The position numbers and the translations under genes were made by a program. 64,000 nt of DNA, taken from contig CM121341.1 of assembly GCA_051530055.1 (NCBI GenBank), positions 10,704,784 to 10,768,783 of the forward strand. Direction: 5' to 3'. The stretch is from Neoechinorhynchus agilis. Taxonomy: Eukaryota; Animalia; Acanthocephala. This document shows, piece by piece, positions 35,525 through 48,712 of this stretch. The number at the start of each line of letters is the position of its first letter. Position 1 is the first letter of the stretch. The notes under the pieces were generated by a model, which ran no database searches, had not been told where the DNA came from, and saw nothing but the letters and a program-made list of their open reading frames with translations.

Positions 35525-36088
35525 AGAAAATGTTTTTTAATTGAATGATAAACAAAAATCCTTATTTCCAAGCTTTCACCGTCTTATGGAAAAATGAGAT
35601 GGTGTTTCTGCAAACAATGCGGGGTTGACTACTCTAACACACACTTCACATCTCCACGCACCCTTTTGTAGATTCCTGAGCTTAAGCCGTAAGACGGCGA
35701 AAGTTCTCGGAAATAAAGATTTTTGTTTATCATTACAACGGATTGATCAATCATGCTGGTGGGAAATCGAGTAGTATTCCACAAAGGCGTAAATAAAAAT
35801 TGAATCTAGTAAGACTTTAGTAAACAAACTTTATAATTTCGAAACGTGCATTTTTCTACAGTACTTAGAGTTAACGAAAGCAAATCTGAGATCAAATATG
35901 AGTAGTCTTCTTGTTTTCCTTCAATTTTCTCACTTTTAAAGTCAGATGAAAAACACTTTATGGTAGTTTGATAATTGGTTCGTAAAGTTGGGAGGAACAT
36001 TGAAACTGAATTGGGTCTTTTATTGTAAAAATACGCAGTATTTACAATTTCTTTAAAAAAAATTGCCACTTTTAAATCAATAAATGCC

Positions 36089-37339
36089 ATGAAATCATTC
36101 ACAACACTGCGCTGGATCACTCAGCTGCTGTCCTGGTGTAACGGTCGAAAGGACGGATACAGCGTTCCCTCGTTGCACAGCAAGACTTATGTTTTCTAGG
36201 AGGAATGCTCCTGATCTCGGATCGCCAGTGATTCGTCTTAGTTTCTTAGACAATTGCCTGATCAAGTCCTGCGCCGCGATACCAAACGACCCGAGTGTCT
36301 CGAAGCCAAAGGAAACAAAATAATGATTTCGACCCAGGTCCCTGTATTTTGTTCTTTTGCGTTCCTCAGTGGCAGTTGCTGCTCCCCCTCCGGTTTAACA
36401 GTGGAGATTTTTATGTTGCTTGCTGCGAACGTGGCGTCCTAGAGAAGGCATTTTCCTTCTCGCCAAGGGAATATTGCGACACCGTCCGGTCTATAGCGGC
36501 TATCGAGCCGGCAAAGATTGCTCGGCTCTAAGATGTTGGGCGCATTCACATTATTCAGGGCACGACTAAGAATTACGTTACGGTCCCTCCTAGACGGCAG
36601 CGATGGGATGTGAACATCAGCACCCTAAGTCTCGGGGACACTGGAATCCTTACTGTCTCGTCGGAGAGAAGGGTACCAACAGAAGCGATTGGGATAGGAG
36701 CCAAGCACCTGATTCTCTTGTATAGACCGCCGCCATACCTGCTCACCACTGCCTGCATATCCACACCAAAGATTAAGCGCCTCCACGAAATCTTCATCCA
36801 AAGTGTAATTCTCGCTAAGAACGGATTGAACAACTTTGCGGCTTGCTTCACACGATCCCGAAATAAGCTGGCAGAGAAATATCGGCTGGTTTTCGGATAC
36901 CCAAACCGCCGGACGACACAGGCAAAGACGCTTGACGTCAGGCATCGTCCGACAGCTGAGTATCTAAAAATTTTCCCGAGAGAGGCTTTCACCGTCCCGC
37001 CTAATTTTGCCAGCTTATCCCCATGTCTAAAACATAAGGGACCGTATCGAAGGACGAGGATACATCGAAATACTGCCGACCGCCGTTACTGGGATGTTTG
37101 GAACGAAGAGCTCGTAAAATTTCTTCGTTATATTTGGCGAGACTGTCCATTGATGACAAAAGGTGAACGGCTCCTTTAACTTGAAGAAAGGCGTCCAGCC
37201 AGCGACCGATTTGAGTTTCGGCGCTGGTCAGGCTCCTGGGCACACTCCTTACGTAGCTCGCATGCTGTTGAAAAACACTGAGTAAAATTTTCGTTAACAG
37301 AACTTATTCGCTATTTTATTTTTGTGGTCAGAGATCCTC
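36089..37339 (-). mobile_element. Internally deleted CRE-type non-LTR retrotransposon, copy A1
   Basis: Minus-strand pieces: KGAVHLLSSMDSLA...LRSKHP (pre-RT), QASLPVSSGGLGIR (thumb), ILSRAL...LEPSNL...RPDG..FPW, KYRDL...FETLGSFG...ISLAVQRGNA (RLE nuclease). RT core absent; stops and frameshifts present. Confidence 0.85.
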
Positions 37340-38473
37340 CTCTAAACCATTTTAAACTTACCACTAAGTCCAAAAATTTTAGACATATTTCAAAGGCACA
37401 ATGATTAAAGTTGTATTCAAAAAATAAACTGAGGATTTAAGGTAATCACATGCGAAAATTAGTGAAAATTAAAAAGAAGTATAGGACAATCTCAGGAAAA
37501 ATCTTAAACCCAATCACAGTTCATGTTTTGATGAAAGATGATCAAATTTAAATTGATAGGTATCAATTGACCACTTAGACCCTTAAAATTGACAACCTGC
37601 GATACTTAGAAATCTCCAAGGCAATAATCATTAATAATTTTCACCCTCGCTTCGCTTGGGGACGGCATTGGTGTCGTCGGTGTTCAAATCGGAAATCTTT
37701 GTAATCTCCAATAAGTGAATTTTTAAATTTGATCGATCAAATGGTTTATTGTCATTCAGATTTGTGGAATTTCCTTGGCACTTTGGTTGCATTGCTCATT
37801 GATGGAAACTCCTTAATGGTTCTTTTTCTAGTGAATGGAGTTTTTGAAGGTTCGGTTTTTGTATCTAATGTCCGATTCTTAGGTGCAAAAGCATGGAGGT
37901 TTGAAGTGAATTCTGAGTCCTATGTTCGCCTTTTGTAAGAATTCATTGGAAGCCCAATTTCTTCCCCCAAGCCCAATCTTTCATTAATAACCGGAGAACA
38001 AGGAAAGACTCCCAATCGGTCATCTCCTGTACAAAGCTTCCGATCGCGCATTAACACCCCTTCAAATACAAGTCCCATCTCCCTTGCCTTCAACATCCGT
38101 CATCCAGACACCTTCAGCAAAGATAGATGCTGGCAAGTGTGTGGATCGTGAATTTCTTAAATTAATAAAACGTGTTAATCTAAATTAATATAGAAGATAA
38201 CTTAAAAATGAGATGCCCTTATCATAATTCAGGATAAAAAATATTTTATTTAATGATTGACGTTGCTATGCTTCCTCCTTCGAAATATCTCAATAATATA
38301 TTTTCAATCCGCCGGGGCGAGGTGATTATGATAACAACATCCTCAACTCTATCTCCCCGAAGGACTTTGTTAGAAAATGCACAATTAAACAATTATCATA
38401 CGACTAAAATACGAGTTTAATCTACTAAAATAACATGATTTTTATAGCTAAAATCTTGAATGTTTCGTAAATT

Positions 38474-39022
38474 CTAAATTTTTCGATTTACCACACTTTT
38501 GAACCGGTCGAACATCATTATCATAAACTTAAATCCCATGCGATCCATTTTAGCAAGGCACTCAATGTATGGATCGAAGCACTTGGCTATTTCGAGAACA
38601 TGTTTATCCGGTAGATGCTTTGGCGGCTTTCCTATTTTCGTATATTTTTCGTACAGTTTATCCCTTGTTTTTAGAAGCTTAATGATTGTCTCCATCCTGA
38701 TATCGTTGCAATAACATCCTTCGTTTAACTCTATAAGATTAAGAAGGTTTCCAAAAATCCCATTGAAATATCTGAGCACATCATCGCGAACTGGAACGTC
38801 CTCTACAGCCGTCGTATTTAATATACTTTGAAGATACGAGGACGGATCTGTTGCCGTTGTCGTTGTAGAATTCGTCCCTATGATTTCCTGGTTCGAATGC
38901 TTTTTTAAGTATTCCATTTTCAGTTCCGTCTTTGAAGTATTTTGTTTTGAGTCTCGGCCACAAGTGACTGAGAATCCATAGAGTAGAAAAGAAAGGAGCA
39001 CGGTGAAGATAGAATGATACAT
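38474..39022 (-). CDS. Putative secreted orphan protein (182 aa from the ATG), copy 1
   Basis: Signal-peptide-like MYHSIFTVLLSFLLYGFSVTCG, Thr-rich linker, N-glycosylation sequons (NTS, NST, NTT), four Cys in the mature helical-looking region; intronless. Confidence 0.7.
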   Translation of the reverse strand: MYHSIFTVLLSFLLYGFSVTCGRDSKQNTSKTELKMEYLKKHSNQEIIGTNSTTTTATDPSSYLQSILNTTAVEDVPVRDDVLRYFNGIFGNLLNLIELNEGCYCNDIRMETIIKLLKTRDKLYEKYTKIGKPPKHLPDKHVLEIAKCFDPYIECLAKMDRMGFKFMIMMFDRFKSVVNRKI

Positions 39023-40169
39023 CAATAAATACCTTAGTATAATACTTCCTAGTACATAATTTGTAGAGGTTATTTAGTTCGAAGATTGTGTACTGGCAAC
39101 TAAAAAATATATTGACTATAAACAAACTTAGTTTCCTATGACAAATATATTGTTGTAAACATCGAATGAACGAAAATACACTATGCATAAACAAAATATG
39201 CACCTGATTTGTTTAACAAAAATATTCGAATTAGGCACTTTGAGCAGATCCTTTTTTGGTTTAATAAGACGGCGAGTGAAACGTCGAAGAGAAACCTGTG
39301 AATATACTGAAAATCGACTTGATTGTGTTACAGTAAAAAACGCTTTGGTCACTCATTTGGACTTTGATTTACATGTCGGTTTTTCATTTATTTCGAGTAA
39401 GAAATGAAGATCTTTTGTCCAAATGATCCTTTGTCACGACGGAAACCGAATACAATATAAATAGTTGCGTATTTGTGCAGGCGGTCAACGGAAGGTAAAT
39501 GTAAGTTCACGGATTGATTTTTAGTTATTTTAAATACTTTATTTGATCACATCGGATGATCGCATTCGCGATTGTGTGATGACAATTAAGGATTCAGAAA
39601 CGGCTAAAATTAAATAAAACCTTATATAAAAATACTTTGTCTAAAGCATCTAAAACATTGTTAAGATAAAGTTAAATTAAAAATTTATTCACATTTGTCC
39701 TCGCATTGGTTGAGTGAAGTTCCGATAACAGAAGATGCACTCCACAGCGACGTATAAATCCATGAACATAATATGGAATGGTATGATGTAATTCTAAAAA
39801 ATGAATCAATTTAAAATTCATAATTCGTTCAAGGCACGAGATGATGGGATTTTGTATTGATATTTTACGGATGTGACTGGATTGATTAATTGCACCCTAA
39901 AGTTTCGGAATAAAAACTCTTTACTTCAATTTAGGTCGATAAGATTTGTTAAAGAAAACACTTTTGGAAGATTACCTGTGAAAGGAATATATCAGTTTGT
40001 CCGTAGTACGGAATAGGTATAGGACCGGCTTCCTGGGCACATAGGAAGTCCAAGAATGTTTCAGAATTACCTTGTAAGAGATGTAGTGGCATATGATATG
40101 CTCTCGGGGCATTATACATTGAGAAGCCGGTATTGGGAATCTTATTATTCACCGGGAAGGGGTGTGTAT

Positions 40170-40700
40170 TTTGATTTTTTATTTCCTGAAAATTCATGAA
40201 GCGAAAATATGGCGAATAACCTCCAATCCAAGAAAAAAACGTTTTTGCCCCTGTTAAAGCTACGTGAAGAAATGGTTTGAAGATCTTCTAATAGGTTCTG
40301 AATAAGGAATCGGGAAAATCCCGCTTGACACTTGGAGGCTGCTAGGCTAATTAATTGTTCCATGATCCAACAGAGGATGCTTTTAAGCAAATGTTTGGCG
40401 TGTTGGTGCATTTTTAGTGGAGATATGCAAAATTCCTACGACTTTTATTAAGGTTTCTTTAATAGAATCCTTAGAACTTCACGGAGCAGCAAAGCTTGCC
40501 ATGGCATAAGGCAGGTGCGGGTGACATTAAAGCCACTGCTTTGTAGGCTTTCTTCAAAATCGTTTTTCGCATGCTAGCATCTTTTAGCAAAGGCAGGGTT
40601 GGAAGCGCATCAATTCACCCTCATTAAATGGCTAAAATATTGGGGCACTTCGGTTTGATGGGAGCCCGACGCAAGTAGACACCTATACTCACATTTGCAT
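40170..40700 (-). pseudogene. Possible decayed CR1/L2-like RT C-terminal fragment (also at about 47870-48400)
   Basis: Frameshifted ILKKAYKAV...HPHLPYA resembles the LYKALVRPHLEY motif; many stops. Confidence 0.25.
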
Positions 40701-41014
40701 TCTAAAGAATAATAACCCTAGCGGCTACATCTCTAAGAAAATAGTCATGTTGTAATCGAAAATGGTTAGCTGAAGTTTCGATAAAGTAGCCCAAAGAGAT
40801 TTTTATTCCTCTACCCAAGCCACAGATGAATTCCGCGATGTCAAGAGTCGTAGAACATAAAATGCCGTATTGATTAGCCAAATATTTAATCGGTCGTAAC
40901 TCATATTCGTAAGAGATTTCCCTAAAATCATCCTATTTAAGTTCAAACGGAGGATTGAACATGAGGGACGTCACTATTCGTGATAAATCAGTAAACTATC
41001 ATAATTTTTCAGAC

Positions 41015-41954
41015 ATGAAATCATTCACAACACTGCTCTGGATCACTCAGGTGCTGTCCTGGTGTAACGGTCGAAAGGACGGATACAGCGTTCCCTCGTT
41101 GCACAGCAAGACTTATGTTTTCTAGGAGGAATGCTCCTGATCTCGGATCGCCAGTGATTCGTCTTAGTTTCTTAGACAATTGCTTGATCAAGTCCTGCGC
41201 CGCGATACCAAACGACCCGAGTGCATCAACGCCAAAGGGAACAAAATAATGATTTCGACCCAGGTCCCTGTATTTTGTTCTTTTGCGTTCCTCAGTGGCA
41301 GTTGCTGCTCCCCTCCGGTTTAACAGTGGAGATTTTTATGTTGCTGGCTGCGAACGTGGCGTCCTAGAGAAGGCATTTTCCTTCTCGCCAAGGGAATATT
41401 GCGACACCGTCCGGTCTATAGCGGCTATCGAGCCGGCAAAGATTGCTCGGCTCTAAGATGTTGGGCGCATTCACATTATTCAGGGCACGACTAAGAATTA
41501 CGTTACGGTCCCTCCTAGACGGCAGCGATGGGATGTGAACATCAGCACCCTAAGTTTCGGGGACACTGGAATCCTTACTGTCTCGTCGGAGAGAAGGGTA
41601 CCAACAGAAGCGATTGGGATAGGAGCCAAGCACCTGATTCTCTTGTATAGACCGCCGCCATACCTGCTCACTGCCTGCATATCCACACCAAAGATTAAGC
41701 GCCTCCACGAAATCTTCATCCAAAGTGTAATTCTCGCTAAGAACGGATTGAACAACTTTGCGGCTTGCTTCACACGATCCCGAAATAAGCTGGCAGAGAA
41801 ATATCGGCTGGTTTTCGGATACCCAAACCGCCGGACGACACAGGCAAAGACGCTTGACGTCAGGCATCGTCCGACAGCTGAGTATCTAAAAATTTTCCCG
41901 AGAGAGGCTTTCACCGTCCCGCCTAATTTTGCCAGCTTATCCCTATGTCTAAAA
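41015..41954 (-). mobile_element. CRE derivative copy A2 (3' part only)
   Basis: Matches 36089-37030, then diverges abruptly at about 41955. Confidence 0.85.
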
Positions 41955-42380
41955 AAGGTGCTGTGCGAAGCTTATACAGCAATTTTGAAATAAAGAGGGT
42001 GTTCTTGATCAGGAACAGAGCCTCGTATGAAAATAATTCATCAACTCGTTCTCACAGCACGGAAAATTGCGGTTGAAGATTGGCAATCTCTGATTCAACA
42101 TTAGAACAAAAAATGCAACTTCCTTGAAGGCTCAACCTTTCACGAGTGATCAATTCTATCTCGGGGCCAGGTACTGAAAACGATAGTTACCCTGGACGCT
42201 TCATCTTCCACGTTCATCACACAATCTCGCATTTCGCAGATTTCAATTCAATGAAAAATTTTCAACGTTTCAAATCGCGCATCAAAATTTCTTAAAACTT
42301 TTTTAAAAGGACTCATTCAAAGATAGAACTGTCATAAACGCAATATGAGGGAATTTGAATATATAGACCATTCACGCCAG

Positions 42381-42650
42381 AAGAGAGAGATTAAGTATGG
42401 TATTTAGAATATACCGAATCGTAGTTCTTTCCTTAAATGTTTGAATTTAAGGAAAAACTCTACAAGGTAGATAAAACAATTCGCTTCAAAAGAGAGAGAT
42501 TAAGTGTGGTATTTAGAATATACCGAATCGTAGTTCTTTCCTTAAATGTTTGAATTTAAGGAAAAACTCTACAAGGTAGATAAAACAATTCGCGTCAAAA
42601 GAGAGAGATTAAGTGTGGTATTTAGAATATACTGAATCGCCGTTCTTTCC
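42381..42650. repeat. Short tandem repeat, about 110-bp unit, 2.5 copies
   Basis: AGAGAGAGATTAAGT(A/G)TGGTATTTAGAATATAC recurs near 42381, 42490 and 42600. Confidence 0.9.
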
Positions 42651-42938
42651 TTTGAGAGGATTCGACCTCTTGAAAAAGGAAACACGATAACTCACCAACT
42701 TAAGGACGATATTTTAAACCCATTCCACAATTCGGCCCTGGTGATCGCACTGTAGATTTATCCCAGAAACGTGTTGTAATGGAAATCAGTATAAATACAC
42801 TGAAGATAATAAAATTGCATCTGCCGCTCCTGACAACGGAGATATATCTAAGCTGTGTATATTCAGAACAAACGGAAGGAGATAAAAAGAGAATAAAATT
42901 GACGTACGGCACAAAGATCGCTTGCTAGTGAATTCACC

Positions 42939-43229
42939 ATGAATCGAACGTATATTCGATGTTGCTCACCAATGGATTCCGAATCCAGTAATGCAATCAA
43001 CATATTTAGGAGAACAACTCTCATAAGCATAATACTTGGATTGCTCGTTTTTACTTTAACCGCAGTAGTCGTTGCCTTATGTGCCATTCTATATTTTCAA
43101 TGGAGATGGTCTAGAAACTTCAGCAATCGATGCCAATTAATAGTCAAAGAACATTATCCAAATGTTCATGAGTTCGGAAGCCAACTCGTTTTTGCCAATG
43201 AGACTATTAATCGAGAACAAACTATTTAA
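42939..43229 (+). CDS. Hypothetical small single-pass membrane protein, 96 aa
   Basis: ATG start; TM segment LISIILGLLVFTLTAVVVALCAILYF; architecture like 35285-35524. Confidence 0.5.
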   Translation: MNRTYIRCCSPMDSESSNAINIFRRTTLISIILGLLVFTLTAVVVALCAILYFQWRWSRNFSNRCQLIVKEHYPNVHEFGSQLVFANETINREQTI

Positions 43230-44344
43230 AGAGTCGAATTTTGATGACATCAATTTCGAGGATATCATCAAACAATTCAATAAATACTTTTTGATACGAA
43301 GGTCAATTTATGAAACTCTGCTAGAAAATATATCATTAAACGAGCCTTTTTTAGGCTTCGTGTAAACAAATTATAGCTTTTAGAATTCTCAAATCGAAAA
43401 TTTGTCGTTATATGAAATATATAAAAAAAATCTCTTCTATTGTTAGCACCACGAAAAACTTAAAAAACCAAGTTAAATGTATTATATTTTAGATTGAGCA
43501 AGGATCATTGAGCAGTTCACTTATCAAATACTAAAATGAGCAGTATTTTTTATTTAATTTTAAACGGGGCAACATACACGCTATAGAAATTAATTTAAGA
43601 ACAAATATTTTCCTTCTGATACATTTTATATGAATTTCGGTAAGGGTTGGTGTTGCATTGATCTCAAATCCCTGAGTCTTTTCCTGCTTCTTTTAGAAAT
43701 ATTTAAAAATAAGTTGCGCAATTAGATTAAGGATCAAGAACGAGAGCTTTTCCCTTCTTGCTTCTTCTTTAGCAGTTGCTGAGTTTGTGGATTGTCGACT
43801 GACTTATCAACCGCATGTTATCTTTTCGGCTCTCCTAATTTCAGCACTATACGCGGTTGAAACAAATGTTTATTTTCGACGCCAATATTTCGAAGTTTTA
43901 CTCCTTCTTCATGGTCCTGAAAAACAATCTAAGAGAGGATGCAAACAAATGACATTGATGGTTCTAACTCGTTCCTTTGGTTAAGCACCATAAAACGTCT
44001 CTTTTTGGCCGTCTCCTTTTTACAATCACCTTCGCTCAGTCTCACATTTCACCTCGTACGCGATGGGCAATGATTCCGCAGGCAAAAGGTCCAAAGAGTA
44101 TCTCGCTTCGGTACTTTACGGCAGTCGAAATCCTTGACCTGGGTGAAACCTTGAATGTTGTTCGACCCTTGGTATCGACACGTAGATTGCGGCGTCTGGC
44201 TTCAATGCGTAGCCAAAATTAAACTTTATCCGCTGTGCATTCCGATAAGAAATTGTGTTCTCAAATATATTAAGTTGTTTACATTCCTTCTATGATAATT
44301 ACTGATCTTTAATGGAATCTTTATCTGGTATTATTCTGAGTTCG

Positions 44345-45037
44345 TACACCAGGTTACGATAGTCTGAAATTAAAGAGTTATGAATTCTCGCTACCAGAAG
44401 TGAATCCCAAACTGATTGTTTGCAACCATTGACGGGTACCTGCTCGCTGCCTGGATATCCACACCAAAGATTAAGCGCCTCCACGAAATCTTCATCGAAA
44501 GTGAAATTCTCGCTAAGAACGGATTGAACAACTTTGCGGCTTGCTTCACACGATCCCGAAATAAGCTGGCAGAGAAATATCGGCTGCTTTTCGGATACAC
44601 AAACCGCCGGACGACACAGGCAAAGACGCTTGACGAAAAGCTTCGTCCGACAGCTGAGTATCTAAAAATTTTCCCGAGAGAGGCTTTCACCATCCCGCCT
44701 AATTTTGCCAGCTTATCATTATGTCTAAAACATAAGGGACCGTATCGAAGGACGAGGATAGATCGAAATACTGCCGACCGCCGCTACTGGGATGTTTCGA
44801 ACGAAGAGCTCGTAAAATTTCTTCGTTATATTTGGCGAGACTGTCCATTGATGACAAAAGGTGAACGGCTCCTTTAACTTGAAGAAAGGCGTCCAGCCAG
44901 CGACCGATTTGAGTTTCGGCGCTGGTCAGGCTCATGGGAACACTCCTTACGTAGCTCGCATGCTGTTGAAAAGCACTGAGTAAAATTTTCGTTAACAGAA
45001 CTTATTCGCTCTTTTATTTTTGTTGTCAGAGATCCTC
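44345..45037 (-). mobile_element. CRE derivative copy A3 (lacks 3' end; keeps a segment deleted in the other copies)
   Basis: Matches A1 over 44435-45037, then continues EQVPVNGCKQSVWDSLLVARIHNSLI. Confidence 0.8.
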
Positions 45038-48000
45038 CTCTAAACCATTTTAAACTTACCACTAAGTTCAAAAATTTTAGACATATTTCAACGGCACAAT
45101 GATTAAAGTTGTATTCACAAAATAAACTGAGGATTTAAGGTAATCACATGCGAAAATTAGTGAAAATTAAAAAGAAGTATAGGACAATCTCAGGAAAAAT
45201 CTTAAACCCAATCACAGTTCATGTTTTGATGAAAGATGATCAAATTTAAATTGATAGGTATCAATTGACCACTTAGACCCTTAAAATTGACAACCTGCGA
45301 TACTTAGAAATCTCCAAGGCAATAATCATTAATAATTTTCACCCTCGCTTCGCTTGGGGACGGCATTGGTGTCGTCGGTGTTCAAATCGGAAATCTTTGT
45401 AATCTCCAATAAGTGAATTTTTAAATTTGATCGATCAAATGGTTTATTGTCATTCAGATTTGTGGAATTTCCTTGGCACTTTGGTTGCATTGCTCATTGA
45501 TGGAAACTCCTTAATGGTTCTTTTTCTAGTAAATGGAGTTTTTGAAGGTTCGGTTTTTGTATCTAATGTCCGATTCTTAGGTGCAGAAGCATGGAGGTTT
45601 GAAGTGAATTCTGAGTCCTATGTTCGCCTTTTGTAAGAATTCATTGGAGGCCCAATTTCTTCCCCCAAGCCCAATCTTTCATTAATAACCGGAGAACAAG
45701 GAAAGACTCCCAATCGGTCATCTCCTGTACAAAGCTTCCGATCGCGCATTAACACCCCTTCAAATACAAGTCCCATCTCCCTTGCCTTCAACATCCGTCA
45801 TCCAGACACCTTCAGCAAAGATAGATGCTGGCAAGTGTGTGGATCGTGAATTTCTTAAATTAATAAAACGTGTTAATCTAAATTAATATAGAAGATAACT
45901 TAAAAATGAGATGCCCTTATCATAATTCAGGATAAAAAATATTTTATTTAATGATTGACGTTGCTATGCTTCCTCCTTCGAAATATCTCAATAATATATT
46001 TTCAATCCGCCGGGGCGAGGTGATTATGATAACAACATCCTCAACTCTATCTCCCCGAAGGACTTTGTTAGAAAATGCACAATTAAACAATTATCATACG
46101 ACTAAAATACGAGTTTAATCTACTAAAATAACATGATTTTTATAGCTAAAATCTTGAATGTTTCGTAAATTCTAAATTTTTCGATTTACCACACTTTTGA
46201 ACCGGTCGAACATCATTATCATAAACTTAAATCCCATGCGATCCATTTTAGCAAGGCACTCAATGTATGGATCGAAGCACTTGGCTATTTCGAGAACATG
46301 TTTATCCGGTAGATGCTTTGGCGGCTTTCCTATTTTCGTATATTTTTCGTACAGTTTATCCCTTGTTTTTAGAAGCTTAATGATTGTCTCCATCCTGATA
46401 TCGTTGCAATAACATCCTTCGTTTAACTCTATAAGATTAAGAAGGTTTCCAAAAATCCCATTGAAATATCTGAGCACATCATCGCGAACTGGAACGTCCT
46501 CTACAGCCGTCGTATTTAATATACTTTGAAGATACGAGGACGGATCTGTTGCCGTTGTCGTTGTAGAATTCGTCCCTATGATTTCCTGGTTCGAATGCTT
46601 TTTTAAGTATTCCATTTTCAGTTCCGTCTTTGAAGTATTTTGTTTTGAGTCTCGGCCACAAGTGACTGAGAATCCATAGAGTAGAAAAGAAAGGAGCACG
46701 GTGAAGATAGAATGATACATCAATAAATACCTTAGTATAATACTTCCTAGTACATAATTTGTAGAGGTTATTTAGTTCGAAGATTGTGTACTGGCAACTA
46801 AAAAATATATTGACTATAAACAAACTTAGTTTCCTATGACAAATATATTGTTGTAAACATCGAATGAACGAAAATACACTATGCATAAACAAAATATGCA
46901 CCTGATTTGTTTAACAAAAATATTCGAATTAGGCACTTTGAGCAGATCCTTTTTTGGTTTAATAAGACGGCGAGTGAAACGTCGAAGAGAAACCTGTGAA
47001 TATACTGAAAATCGACTTGATTGTGTTACAGTAAAAAACGCTTTGGTCACTCATTTGGACTTTGATTTACATGTCGGTTTTTCATTTATTTCGAGTAAGA
47101 AATGAAGATCTTTTGTCCAAATGATCCTTTGTCACGACGGAAACCGAATACAATATAAAAAGTTGCGTATTTGTGCAGGCGGTCAACGGAAGGTAAATGT
47201 AAGTTCACGGATTGATTTTTAGTTATTTTAAATACTTTATTTGATCACATCGGATGATCGCATTCGCGATTGTGTGATGACAATTAAGGATTCAGAAACG
47301 GCTAAAATTAAATAAAACCTTATATAAAAATACTTTGTCTAAAGCATCTAAAACATTGTTAAGATAAAGTTAAATTAAAAATTTATTCACATTTGTCCTC
47401 GCATTGGTTGAGTGAAGTTCCGATAACAGAAGATGCGCTCCACAGCGACGTATAAATCCATGAACATAATATGGAATGGTATGATTTAATTCTAAAAAAT
47501 GAATCAATTTAAAATTCATAATTCGTTCAAGGCACGAGATGATGGGATTTTGTATTGATATTTTACGGATGTGACTGGATTGATTAATTGCACCCTAAAG
47601 TTTCGGAATAAAAACTCTTTACTTCAATTTAGGTCGATAAGATTTGTTAAAGAAAACACTTTTGGAAGATTACCTGTGAAAGGAATATATCAGTTTGTCC
47701 GTAGTACGGAATAGGTATAGGACCGGCTTCCTGGGCACATAGGAAGTCCAAGAATGTTTCAGAATTACCTTGTAAGAGATGTAGTGGCATATGATATGCT
47801 CTCGGGGCATTATACATTGAGAAGCCGGTATTGGGAATCTTATTATTCACCGGGAAGGGGTGTGTATTTTGATTTTTTATTTCCTGAAAATTCATGAAGC
47901 GAAAATATGGCGAATAACCTCCAATCCAAGAAAAAAACGTTTTTGCCCCTGTTAAAGCTACGTGAAGAAATGGTTTGAAGATCTTCTAATAGGTTCTGAA

Positions 48001-48712
48001 TAAGGAATCGGGAAAATCCCGCTTGACACTTGGAGGCTGCTAGGCTAATTAATTGTTCCATGATCCAACAGAGGATGCTTTTAAGCAAATGTTTGGCGTG
48101 TTGGTGCATTTTTAGTGGAGATATGCAAAATTCCTACGACTTTTATTAAGGTTTCTTTAATAGAATCCTTAGAACTTCACGGAGCAGCAAAGCTTGCCAT
48201 GGCATAAGGCAGGTGCGGGTGACATTAAAGCCACTGCTTTGTAGGCTTTCTTCAAAATCGTTTTTCGCATGCTAGCATCTTTTAGCAAAGGCAGGGTTGG
48301 AAGCGCATCAATTCACCCTCATTAAATGGCTAAAATATTGGGGCACTTCGGTTTGATGGGAGCCCGACGCAAGTAGACACCTATACTCACATTTGCATTC
48401 TAAAGAATAATAACCCTAGCGGCTACATCTCTAAGAAAATAGTCATGTTGTAATCGAAAATGGTTAGCTGAAGTTTCGATAAAGTAGCCCAAAGAGATTT
48501 TTATTCCTCTACCCAAGCCACAGATGAATTCCGCGATGTCAAGAGTCGTAGAACATAAAATGCCGTATTGATTAGCCAAATATTTAATCGGTCGTAACTC
48601 ATATTCGTAAGAGATTTCCCTAAAATCATCCTATTTAAGTTCAAACGGAGGATTGAACATGAGGGACGTCACTATTCGTGATAAATCAGTAAACTATCAT
48701 AATTTTTCAGAC
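45038..48712. repeat. 3,675-bp duplicated block B2
   Basis: Near-identical to 37340-41014. Confidence 0.97.
46172..46720 (-). CDS. Putative secreted orphan protein, copy 2 (identical translation)
   Basis: Same protein sequence as 38474-39022. Confidence 0.7.
   Translation of the reverse strand: MYHSIFTVLLSFLLYGFSVTCGRDSKQNTSKTELKMEYLKKHSNQEIIGTNSTTTTATDPSSYLQSILNTTAVEDVPVRDDVLRYFNGIFGNLLNLIELNEGCYCNDIRMETIIKLLKTRDKLYEKYTKIGKPPKHLPDKHVLEIAKCFDPYIECLAKMDRMGFKFMIMMFDRFKSVVNRKI

Larger units (their letters stand above)
37340..41014. repeat. 3,675-bp duplicated block B1 (copy B2 at 45038-48712)
   Basis: Colinear with B2 at a constant 7,698-bp offset; only about ten substitutions noticed by eye. 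Confidence 0.97.

Noticed and set aside
36573-37179. Overlapping 106-189 aa ORFs on both strands, repeated four times
   Set aside because: They are pieces or antisense frames of the degenerate CRE element, not host genes.
43787-44230. GC-richer segment with short ORFs and a Cys-containing minus-strand frame
   Set aside because: No frame gives a recognisable domain and stops interrupt each; left unassigned.
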